Assembly (NCBI GenBank): GCA_046563655.1
Contig: CM102287.1
Coordinates: 7,440,001 to 7,504,000, forward strand
Source of the DNA: Yuukianura sp. NJ FZ-2021
Lineage: Eukaryota
Length of the DNA stretch: 64,000 bases
Reading direction: 5' to 3'
The position numbers were made by a program, and so were the translations under genes. The notes beneath the pieces are model-generated. The model did no database searches, was not told the origin of the DNA, and worked only from the letters and a program-made list of their open reading frames with translations. Below are positions 52,809-64,000 of this stretch, one piece after another (positions within the stretch are counted from its first letter, which is position 1; the number at the start of each line of letters is the position of its first letter).

Positions 52809-55800
52809 ATGTTAAATCTACGTTGAAGCAAACCTAAGCCTAAATAATCATCGGATAAGCTATGAGCAAATTAAACTGCTTTCTCTATTCCTAGGAAGTT
52901 AAATTCTTTAGTTAAAGCTCTTTTTGGAACTGCAACGCCCATTGTAGGCTTTCTAATTTGACTCTCGCTTTCCGTTTTTCAAAACTTTCTTTTCTCATTT
53001 CTCCCGGATCTTTCGGAGGAACTAGACGTCCCCGGGCAGCAGCAGCAGCATTCTGCCTGGCCACTTACGTAACCCGACACCTTACAAACAAAAGAGAAGC
53101 TCGTTCAATTCAATTCCATTGTTCAGTGGATTCTGTTTCCTCAGTCGTTGAAAGGTGGCCGCCATGCTCAGGATTCCACTTCATCCCCGAGATTCAAAGC
53201 ACAGGAAGGTGAACTGGATTGAGATTCAGACAAAAGACAAGGCTTATTCTGCACTTCCTCACACTTCATCCCTCTTCACCCAACAATCAACACCAACAAT
53301 CACAACATCCCTCCAGTTCTCACAGCCCATTCAATTAAAAGCCTCTTTTGAACAACTCTGGCTCTAATTAACACTTCCAACGCCAACTCCACCTTCAAAA
53401 CCTCTTCATCTTCCCACTGTCTCAGCATCCGCAAGTGGACCACTTTGTTTCTTCGAATCTCATTTTAATCTCAATTCAACATAACAAAGCTACCTAACAG
53501 GAGGAATGCATTCCAAGGGGTGCAAACTTGTTAGATGTTTCAAAAAGAACAAATTTTCAGTGCATTTCAAAAACTTTAGGCTAGTGAAAACATAAAGCAC
53601 GAAATTCAAAAAAAAATTCGGAGCGTCGACTTTTTTTGAACGCCAAAAACTAGAGTGAAAGTGAAAATGAAAATTAGACTGCGAACAAGCGTTTTGAGAG
53701 CGGCGTTTCTATTGGTCCTCATTTTCACATCAGTCCGCTGTCACTGGATGTAAGTTGAAAATTTATTTTCAAAATTTTGAATTTCTAAAATTGTTTACAT
53801 TTTTAGTAAAATGTTTTACGGGATGTGCTAAAACGAATGCAATTATTTTGAAATTTTTGAATTTGAAAATTCAAATTTGACTTCTTTTACATATTCTTTC
53901 GGCGCGTTTTATGTTCCCGGCCATTAACCCTGCGTTATGCACATGTTTGATTGTAAAATCATAAAGGGAAACGCGTATATGTCATGTATCATGAAGGTTT
54001 TGGTTTTGAGCAAGAGAGATCTGAGACCATAGATACAAATAAATCAATTTGATAAATTGCAAATTGCGTTGGGTTTGCTTTTTGGTGCTTTGAAAAGCCC
54101 AGAATGAGTTCCCCTGGGATCGGATCGGAGCTTTGCTTTTGCTTTCAACTGAAAGAGCCCGAATTCATTTATACATTTATACCCCTTCGCAGCAGCGTTG
54201 AAATCTCCCAGGGAAAAGGAGACTTTTGTTGGCTTTTGTAATATAAAAGCCTCTTTCCACTTCCCTTAACATTCGGAATACATAGTAAAAGTATTCATTT
54301 GAACTAAAAGTATTCGTTTTCGTGTATTTTTTATGTTGGTATTGATTGGACTGGATGTAGAGTAGTTGAGTGGCGGTGTTGTTGGTGTCATTAGTGGGAT
54401 CCAGGGAGACCATTACCTCGACTACTTTCATCATTTCATTGTTCTGCTCCTGTAATTATGGCAAGGAACGAAGGCCCCTCCCTCTTCACAATCTTCAAAG
54501 GCACCAAGGGGAGACAGAGCTAAGGGCTCTCCATTCCACTTCACTTTTCGGTGTTCTTTCCAAGGAACCGTCAAAGCACCCCTTCCAGGGGAAACTGTTT
54601 AATGTTACGAGATACTGCAGGGAGCTAACAACTACGTCTAGTCTAAATGCTCATCTCCACTCCAGTAGTGGCAACACTCTAATCATCAACCACCAAGGAT
54701 TAAAAGGGGGAAGATAAGTCCGGGCTCACCAGGGTACTTCAAACCCCGGGAATTCTTCCGGGTAGTTAGCATTTTTTGAATTTCGAGAAAAAAAAAATTA
54801 CGGGTTGAATTTTTAAACGAACCCCCCAGTTACGCTAAAATTTCGGTTCGCTACCTACCAGGTTAGAAACTCTAACGAAATTTGAAATTTTCACAGTAAA
54901 TTTCTTAATAATTTAGGCTAAATTATAGCATCATATCTTAAGGAGCTCTTTTTAAAAAAAAGTGATTTCTGGAAACGAAACGATTATGAATTCACGATCC
55001 TGCAGACTAAATTTCGGCTGAATAGTTGATTTTGTGTTGCAAAATTTCAATTTTTTTTAAATTGCACATTCCAAAAACATAAAAAAAATATTAATTCAAT
55101 ATTTTGAATATTACGCATGTGCGTATTGTCGAAGACGATTATTTGAAGTGATGTTCTATGACAAGCTTTGGTTTTTTTTTGTTTTGATACTGGTGAAATC
55201 CTAGTTAAAAATTGAGTGGCACTAATGACCGTCAGTTTTGCTAACTATTTTTGGAAATTCTTTTGGACTGAAATTTTTGTCGGGGAGCACAAATGGAATT
55301 GGCGGTTGAGAACCCTGTGCATTGTGACTTTTGAAGTTGATCTGTGGACAATGGAAGGGATGAGCTTGAGGGCGGGGGAGCTGGAAGATGAAATTAGAGA
55401 TTGGGCTATTTCCTCTACTTCCACGTCTATTCATTCTACTTTGAATTAGCATCTATTCTTTTGTCTTTGCAAGATACGATGAATCCTCGCTTTTATTCTA
55501 CGCATTTCCTTGTCAAGTCAATTTAACGCTTCCCATGAACGTCAAAAGTCACGAAGCTTACTAATCGGCGTGGATCTAATTACCCTCCAGCCCAAGTCCT
55601 TACAAGGCACCATAAACTCTGGACTCAATCCTCAAATCTCTTCTTAATAAGCACTGGAAAAACATGTACAAGGTGGATTGATTAAGGCTTTAAATCCAGT
55701 TGTTTCAAGTTTTAAAAAATTCAAATGTAAATTTTAAAAAAGTACAAAAAAGGGCTTTGTACAACCGAAACAGAAAGTGTTGGTCACGAGAAAACAAAAT

Positions 55801-57509
55801 TCTGGAATTCTGAGGTAAAAAAAAGCTTTCACACGTTTCAACTCTCATAAATTCAAATTCAATTGTACCTCATAAAAATATGTCTGGAAAAAGTATTTCG
55901 AAAAATATGTACTTGTTGAGGGTTGAAATCCTCCCGCGGGCAATTTCTAATTCGCGTCATGTCCACTTTTGCGTCTGTTTTGTTGCAGCAGCTTAGTTTT
56001 TTAGTTTTGTGACAATCCATCTGTATCCATTTTCATCACCATTAGAGGAAGACAAGGTTTCGTTGACATTTTGTGGTTTTTGAAAGGCAATTCTTCAAGT
56101 GGTTGATAAAAGTTGACATCGACTGACACGGGTAGTTAAAAAGTCAAGTACTAAACTTGTTCGAAATTGGAGAAAACTAAAAGTCACCTTTTATGGCAGT
56201 CAGACTTACAGAAAAACATGCGACGGCATCACAGCGCTTCGCTTGTTTCCAACTAAGGAGGTGGTCGGACGGATTTGGTGTTTGAATTAACAGGTCGTAA
56301 AATCACGGATTTCGTTGATTCCGTATGGGTGACTTTTATTAGAGGGAAATAACTCTAGCAAACACTTTCACTCTAAAAATGGTCGTGATTTTCGGCGCCA
56401 AATTCAAATCAGAGGAATTTCTTAATCCATTGTGAAGTCCCAAACAAAATTTTGATTCTGAACAAATTGTTGCATATTCCAAATGTAAAACAAAAGTTGT
56501 TGCTAAAAGCTTTAAACAGTCATGTAAAAGTATCGCTTTTGACAGTAAAGTGCGTGAAAAATTTGCACAAAGAAAACTGACGACAGAGTTACAACGTTAA
56601 AACATGTTCCAGGAGTGAGTAAGCCGAAACATGAGCTTTTGAAATGAGAAAACAATTTATGACTGTAGTCATATTCATAAATGAAACTTATCTTTTTTCT
56701 GTTGAAGAGCAATAAACTTAAATGTAAAGTAAAACCTTCGGAGCCACTTTCCAGAAGCATGTAAATAATTTAATGCCATAAAATTCAAAATTGTTGTTGA
56801 AAAGCAGTCTAAAGTTAAGAAAGATTTTTGGGCAAAAACTACCAAATCCAACGAGGAGGAAAAACAAATCTGTTTTCATTGTGATTCTGTCGATATCGAA
56901 AATGGTAAGAAAAGTTAGCGGCGTCCTTTTATGAAAATTTTTTCTCGAGTCACCGAATTCAGTGAAAATTTGAATTGAAACAAAATTAGTAGGAGAAGTT
57001 AAGGTTGATTTTGATTTTATTGGAAGTGGAAGTGGTCGGGAAATATAATGCTATGCCTTTTTAAATGTGAAGTGGGCGGGCTACAATCTGATTAAAGACG
57101 CATTTGTTTTCCGCATGGAATTTCACGATTAAGACATTTAAGCAAAGCTGGAACCAAACTTGGGCAGTAGTTGAGTGTAGTTGTTGGAAATGGACATAAA
57201 TCAAGTTTTAATTGGTGCCTGTGATGGGAGGAGAAGTGCGTGAACCTGGAATAAAATTAAGATCTAACGTTAACTTTAACTTGGAAATTTTTAAACTTTG
57301 ACTATTTATGACCAGAAACTTTGTTATGAGAAAGTAGTAAGTCATCCATGCAGCTGAAATGTGCTGTGAGTTACTACAGTCTGTAAAAAGTAAACTTTTG
57401 CAATTTGAACTGACAATTTTATTTTATTTGAAACTTTTGAAAAAACTTGAAAATTTTGAATTCGCCAAGCCTTTGAATCTAACGGAAGTGAAAATCCGTT
57501 TTTAAAATA

Positions 57510-58440
57510 AAGCATGTCTAAGTTCAAAGGACACATTTTGTTTTTGGTATATAATATGGCACAACAATTGCAAATTGGGTCAATCACGTTACTTCAATAT
57601 TTTTTACGGTTAGCTAGATGACACAGGACGCGTTGGTACCCCTTGTGACCGATTTCACGGAGAAAGGTGAACGCAGGGGCCATGACTTTCTCCCCATACA
57701 CTTTCTCCACTTCCGCCGCCATATTGCGCCAAATTCGCACAAATTCCCGGGCGTTTTTTGCTGGAGCCTATCGAGTAGAGTACATTTCCTTTCCTAACAT
57801 CCAAAACGTCTCAATTCCTCTGGCCTGCGGGACGTTATGGGGGTTCTGATCTATCCCGAGAAAGTTGACATTTTCGGATCCCAAGTACTTAGTCACAGAT
57901 TTTGCGTATTGGCACGAAGCTAGGTCGGGCCAAGACAGTACATCTTCTAAATTATGATGCTTTTTGATGAAAGGGATGAGTTTTTCCCGCAAAACTTGCA
58001 AATACACGTGCTGCGACTTTCCTCACACTCGTCGTTGGATTGTTGGTGAAAGCAGCTTTCACTGTTTGAATGACCTTGTCGGTCATGACAGTTGGTTTTC
58101 GGGTGTTATTTGGCTTGTAGACACTTTCACCACTTGTATTGTATCTGTCTATGATACGGTAAATGGTTTTGCGTTGAATACCCTCACTTGAAAAATGTTT
58201 TACCGTGACCGATTTGGCCCAAATTTGCAACATTTTTATGAAATGTTACAACACGATTCGCGAAAGTTTGTCTTTCGGCTCTCGTCATTTTTGTAAAACT
58301 GATTCAAAAAATCTGAAAATTTGCAATTTTGAAGACATGTGTTGTATAAACTTCGCGGGCAAAAGAGCTAATTCCCAGGGCTCACTAAACCTGAGAACTG
58401 TATGATCAAAAAAATGTGTCCTTTGAACTTAGACATGCTT
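57510..58440 (-). mobile_element. Internally deleted Tc1/mariner (ITm) DD37E-type DNA transposon, 931 bp
   Basis: TA|AAGCATGTCTAAGTTCAAAGGACACATTTT ... AAAATGTGTCCTTTGAACTTAGACATGCTT|TA: perfect 30 bp TIRs and a TA duplication, enclosing a transposase remnant. Confidence 0.92.
57594..58288 (-). pseudogene. Disrupted DD37E transposase
   Basis: N-terminal HTH region (RKTIYRIIDRY..SVRKVAAR) and catalytic C-half WPDLASCQYA..NPHNVPQARGIETFW with 37 residues between D and E. There is a frameshift near 58225, an internal deletion near 58008 and a premature TAG at 57768. Confidence 0.85.
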
Positions 58441-58900
58441 TAATTTTGGAAATGCTGACAAAAATTATTTTTGTCAGCATTTTATTTTAAAAGAATGACA
58501 TAAAAGTGTATTAACATTAAAAATTAAAATGTCTCGAACATTTGTGTCCCTACTTTTTTCATTAACCAGCATGAGATAAAAAAATATGGAAAGGAAGCCG
58601 GCCGAGCCTAGGGTGTGGTTCTAATCAACTCGTATTGTTTGAATTCGGGAAATTCACGAACGGAAACAAGCGTACAACTTTCTCACCGCAGTTTTTTCAC
58701 TTGACTTTTTATTAACTAATCCGTCTATTAGTTAATGGATTCAACAATCCTAAGCCCCAATTGCATTCAACCTTTCTTTAAAAGTTCCACAAAAACAAAC
58801 ACCAAACTTCCCCTAAAGCATGAGAACGGTCACCAAAAGTGTCCGACCAGCACAGTCGTATCCCTCGTTAGTTCTGATGGACATAAATTATGTATTGCAG

Positions 58901-61626
58901 AAACCTGCATGTTTGGTACGAGGAATTGAGTGATCAGGAACCTGCGGGCTTTCTCCCTCTGCAGCAGAATGACACGCGACTTTCTCGACTCCAGCAGCAG
59001 GCGACGCAGCCCCTGATGCAGCAGGACGCTTCCGTAGGTGGAGGGCCTCAGGAAATGCCCAACGCCCTGTACTTTCATCAACCACGACCACTCCCTCCCT
59101 GTGACCAACTACCCGGCCTAACACAGGCTCAAGTCGAGATCTGCACAGTCTTCAGCGTAAGAAGTCAAACAGACCATTCAAATAAATCAACTTTCCCCGC
59201 CGCACTTTCTCCTTCTCCCTTTGAAATTTCGGCAAACAAAGCCCTCATTTCCCCCTTTCTCTTTGGTTTTGTAACCTTTGTAATCAGATTACTTTTGAGA
59301 ATAACGTTGTTCCTGCAACATAACCTAAACCTCCAGGAAAGTAAGTAGCATAGTTCTCCCGGCTCCAATTTCAAATTCAATCTGACAAGTATCCTTTACA
59401 CAAAGGCTTTACAGTTCAACAACCTTTTAGTATTCTCAAATCAAAATCTAAAGTCTCAAGCATCAAAAATCCTTTGCCAATTTCTTTCTTCATGTTTGAA
59501 TTTCTTTCAAAAGTGAAACATGAGAATTCCACTTCTTTCTCTTTGTTTTTTGAAACTTTTTGTTTTGAAATTTCAGGATCACATGAGATCTGTCGTACAT
59601 GGAGCAAAGTTGGGCTTGTCTGAATGTCGCTGGCAGTTTAGGCATCATCATTGGAACTGCTCGTCTCCACCTTCAGCTGAAGATGGAAGGACCATGTTAG
59701 CATCAGCCCTTAAAACAATCAAGGATAAAGCTTCGACATTGGCGAGAAAAAGTGTCAACAATTCAATTCTTCAAAGTGAAAATTACTTGAATGCACTTCT
59801 CAAGTTGGGTGAGAAGATTCAAATTAAATTCTAGAAAAACAACAAAAAGTTAAAATGATTTTGTTTGTTCCTTTGTCCCAAAAGTGACATAAATTTTAAC
59901 CGAGGGAAAATAAAAGTCAAATAGGCTTTTTATTATGTAGTTTGAGAAGACGTTTACAAGTTATACACAGGTGCATGAGCAGACGCACAACTTTTTATAC
60001 TTTTTAGGCTCAACTTTTTGTTGCTTTGAACTTAAAACAAAAGAGCCTATTTGGTTAAGTTTTAAATTTAAGCAAAAGTTCCCCAAGGGGAATTTGTCAA
60101 GTCCGGTTTGGACACTTAAAATTTCAAAAAACGTGTTCAAATGGGTTTTGGTTGGCGTTAGACCTTCGTCGTAAAAATTAGAAGATTCTGCAACTACTGC
60201 AATAGTAAAAGAGAGATGGAGGATTTAGGAGGGAGAGGTTGAATTTGATTCTGTCTAATAAAAAGGACTTGAAACGACTCACTTGGGATTCATTCTTTGT
60301 GCTTTTGTTTTAATGGGAATCTGTTCTAACGGCTTCTTTTCCTTAATTTAAGGAGCTTTCTTTTATGTTTTTAGGTTCAAAGGAAGTGGCATTTGCTCAT
60401 TCCGTTTGGAGTGCTGCAGCGACGCATGCCGTGGCGAGGTCGTGTCGTGATGGATCGCTCAGTTCATGCGGGTGTGGAAAAACGGCTAGACCAGCAGACT
60501 TGAAAGAAGAATGGCGGTGGGGTGGATGTGGAGACAACCTACAGTATGGCTACAAGTTAGTGCTAAAGAAACTTTCAAATTTCAAAAACACTAATAAAAC
60601 TTTGATGTTTTGATTTTTCAAACTTTCTAAAAATTTGATTTGAAAAAATTAGAAAGCTGGTGAGTTTCAATAATTTAGGTTACTAATAAAGCCACGTTCA
60701 GGTGAAGTGTTTCGAGAAATTAGAAATTTTTTGGAATTTTTCAAAATCCAAATCAAGCGGTTAGCAAAATTTTTAAATTCACAACGCGTTTGAGCGTTTC
60801 CATCAAAGGCAATTCGTTAGCAGTTTTCAAACCTTTCGTGTATGAATGGAACTGATTGTTCTGAAACCTCTTTTGTTCCAGATTTGCTTCAGACTTTGTT
60901 GACAGTCGAGAGAAGGAAAAGTTTTCGGATCGAAAGCTAAGTGCCAAGGCCCTTGTCAATCTACACAACAATGAGGCGGGGCGGAGAGCCGTTTTGAAAA
61001 AGACGAAGATTGCGTGCAAGTGCCATGGCGTAAGTGGCTCCTGTGCCCTGGTAACTTGCTGGCATCAAGTTCCATCCTTCAGAGACATTGGTACCCAACC
61101 CTACTCATTGTTCTTGCACACTAGCAGTAGTTGACCTCAGAGGTCAATTACCTCCGATCTCTAACACCTTGTAATATTTGTTATTTTTGAAGGTGACACG
61201 CTGAAAGAACGCTACAAGGAAGCAACTCTTGTGAAGATGAATCGACGTGGAAGGCTTCAAGTGAAGCGATCCACGGACAAAATCCCTTCAGTCCATGACC
61301 TCGTCTACCTCGAAACTTCTCCAAACTACTGCGTCCACAATGAATCTCTAGGCGTTCCAGGTATTTTTTGAAATCTGTTAATTATTATATTTCTCAAATT
61401 TAGTTTGTGTAAAATTTTGGAATTTTGTATATTTTTAGGCCCTTCGGGCCGAATCTGCAATAGGACATCGTCTGGTCCAGACGGATGCAAGTCGTTGTGC
61501 TGCAGTAAAGGTTTTAGTACAACTGTGAGCAAAACGTCTACAAGATGCCACTGCAAGTTCATTTGGTGTTGTCACGTCGTTTGTCAGGAGTGCAAAAAAG
61601 TAGAGAAAGTCAGCGCATGTAAATAG
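58901..61626 (+). CDS. Wnt5: Wnt5 ortholog (exons 58901-59156, 59577-59808, 60375-60555, 60882-61090, 61193-61360, 61439-61626; first signal-peptide exon not identified)
   Basis: [46 protein letters not shown]-type segment, [34 protein letters not shown]-terminal [16 protein letters not shown]. The DHM and RPxDL features point to the Wnt5 subfamily. Confidence 0.88.
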
Positions 61627-61899
61627 GCAAAGAACAATTAAAAACTTAAGTACAAATCATTCATAAATTACAGCACAATTCACTCGTTCAATATAAAAAC
61701 TTCGTAAATTTCATCAAAAAAGAACAGTTTTACATTTTCACAAATTATATTGCCGCTTATTCCCTCGCTCCGAAATATTTCGAATTCTGGGAAAACTTTC
61801 CTCACGCTCGGCTTTTTACATAAGTTATACTCATAGAAAATGTTTGGAAATTGAAAAGATCAAATCAAAAGTGGTAAAATTTTTAGATGTTCCACGAAT

Positions 61900-63150
61900 T
61901 CATTTTGCTGAAACAACATTTTGTTTGCGAATCTTCTCCTCCAGAAAAGTAGTCAAAATTTTGTAAAATTCGTCTGGGAAGATGAAGTGGGCATTGTGCG
62001 GTGCTTTGGCCATAATTTCCAGCCTGTGCGAGTCAAAATTTTGGCAAATTAAGCTTAATTTCTTAATTAAATTGAATAAATTAACTTATTAATCAATAAT
62101 AAGAATGTAATAATTTACCGAGAGTGTTTGATAGCTTCGTGTAGATCCTTCGTCTGTCGATAGGGAACGATGAGGTCTCGTTTACCCCAAACTATGAGCG
62201 TAGGAATGTTGAAGTTATCGTATCTTCTGAGCCATGTGACCTTGTCCTGATTGGCATATTGGTGCATGATCATGTCGTGCCATGCGTACCAGTGCTCCAG
62301 CATCATCTCCCGCTTGCCTTCAAATTCCGCTTCCAACATGGCAGCAAACGGACCAGTAACGTTCGTCACGTCTCGATACCCTGAGACAAATTGAGAGGTC
62401 AAAGGTCAACTTCGAACTTTGGTTACCATTTAGTATATCGGAGGAATTTGCTTTGCAGTAATTCATTTACAGCAATATGTACTCACATCGGTTCAGTTTG
62501 ATGTCCTCTTCTTCAAAACGATCCCATCCTCCAAGTAGCAAAAGTCTATTCACCATTTCTGGATGCTGGAGACTGAACAGAAGAGCCGTCTGACTACCGC
62601 CACTGTAGCCCAAGATGGTAAACTTTTCATGGCTTAGCGTCTGCGCGTGGAGTAAAAATCAATTGATTTCATAAATTCATAAAAAATGCGTATTAATGTG
62701 GATTAGCGTGACTGACCTTGAGCAGAGCGTATGCCAATTGTACGTCCTTCTGGAAACTGATGTCCTCCAGAGCCCTGCGTGGTGGTTTGCTTCGGAAGTA
62801 GCCTGGCTGGTCCCATCCGTAAAACGTGTACTTGGAACAGAAAACTGGGTCCAGCAGCATCAATGTCGCCAATGGTATAAAACTGGATTTCAGCGGGCCT
62901 GGCACCAAAATAAGCTTAACATTTTTTCATTGAATTCAAAATTTTCAGTTTTCAATGTCAAAATTTCATAATTCAATTTCAATTCAAAATTGTAGCTGAA
63001 CATCTTACCCATTATTCCTGGAAAAGTGAAAATGGGTATTGGGCCATGCCCAATCTTGACATAGCTGATGTGGTAGCCTTGCGTCTGGAACGAGTGGTAG
63101 TATGGAACTAAGGGGTCAGCGAGGTCAGCTATTGGCGGTGTTGCAGCCAT
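61900..63150 (-). CDS. Alpha/beta-fold serine hydrolase, valacyclovir hydrolase (BPHL)-like, 5 exons
   Basis: ISYVKIGHGP..FPGIMG, WDQPGYFRSKPP.R, nucleophile elbow LGYSGG, PTLIVWGKRDLIVP, APHNAHFIFPDEF. Confidence 0.85.
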
Positions 63151-63830
63151 TTTCTTGCAAATGTCTTACAAACTGAATTTCTCAACTGTTTAAAGAACTT
63201 TTGTGCTCGAAACACATTCGGGTACTAAAAAATCTTTAGTTTCTTCTGTTAAAAAAAGACTAGAGATAGAAACCCCTACCCAACTTCATGTCAAAAACTA
63301 ACGGTTTTACCCTCTTTTTTGGAAAACAACAAAAGGAAATTGAATTTTAAAATTCTAAAAATGCAATGCTAAAAAAAGGTGTTGCTTGTTATTTGAACTC
63401 GCCTAAAAATCATCCAAAACCGTTTAAAAATTCTTTCACAGCACCTATTTCAGCCAAGTGTCCACATTTTTTAGCCAAAAGTTGATTAATATGCTACCAG
63501 TGCACGCGCATTTGATTCGAATTCTGTCAATGACTTTCCGTTACCTTCCATTCCGGTTTGTCTACGGAAATTAACAAAAAGTGCTCCACTTTTGACATAT
63601 CCCAATAAACATTTAATTGGGAGTCCCAAGGATATTTAAGTTATGTAATTACTAAACAATTTTATTTGGTTCATAATTTCACTTCATGTCATACAAAGCT
63701 CTTTGCAATTGTCCTCTAATTTGGCACAAAAACTAAACTTTCCTGTTTTTTCTGTTTCTTGTTAACACAACTGTTAATTGCTTTGTTAAGGATGATGATT
63801 GATTAGGTCACATTGAATTAAAAAGTTGTT

Positions 63831-64000
63831 TTACCACCCTGATCCGAAGTACGAGTGACTCACGCGCGATACTCCATTGTCATAGCCATAATTGAACGTC
63901 AAGGGATTCAGGCGTCCTTTGGTCACCACGCCCTGTACTGGCTGTGCTGGGGCAACTTGCAACTGTGCTGGTGCAACCGCTTGAATCACGGCAGGCTCCT
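63831..64000 (-). CDS. 3' end of a probable cuticular protein (partial; runs off the window)
   Basis: Open frame EPAVIQAVAPAQLQVAPAQPVQGVVTKGRLNPLTFNYGYDNGVSRVSHSYFGSGW*. It is A/V/P-rich with a VSH..F.G..W end reminiscent of CPF/CPFL C-termini. Confidence 0.5.
   Translation of the reverse strand, partial: EPAVIQAVAPAQLQVAPAQPVQGVVTKGRLNPLTFNYGYDNGVSRVSHSYFGSGW

Noticed and set aside
52958..58900. Candidates for the first (signal peptide) exon of Wnt5, for example ATGs near 53164 and 58576 and ORF 54370-54717
   Set aside because: None combines an ATG, a hydrophobic signal sequence and the phase-2 donor needed for the acceptor at 58900. Left unresolved.

Overview
This is eukaryotic, AT-rich arthropod genomic DNA with compact GT-AG introns of about 55-100 bp. 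It is hexapod-like and possibly a springtail, but that is inference only. About 15 spliced protein-coding genes can be reconstructed by hand: PRDM10, GET1/WRB, a 7-finger C2H2 transcription factor, TatD nuclease, an SH3BGR-family protein, UPRT, three CYP2-clan P450s, an acid lipase, a MOGAT/DGAT2, a small secreted knottin precursor, Wnt5, a BPHL-like hydrolase and the 3' end of a probable cuticular protein. A chimeric P450 remnant lies in the P450 cluster. Mobile DNA includes two TA-flanked MITEs, a decayed DD37E Tc1/mariner element and a 1.5 kb non-coding foldback element. The most unusual signals are three. (1) The foldback element's terminal inverted repeats contain a hairpin whose 5-nt spacer (TGGGT) is in direct rather than inverted orientation, like a pair of tyrosine-recombinase sites, and its arms carry arrays of YY1/Pho motifs. 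(2) The lipase is spliced in frame to a carboxypeptidase-type activation-peptide-like domain. (3) The knottin precursor is split by an intron, so the ORF track misses its cysteine domain. All homology calls come from recalled motifs; no database searches were run.
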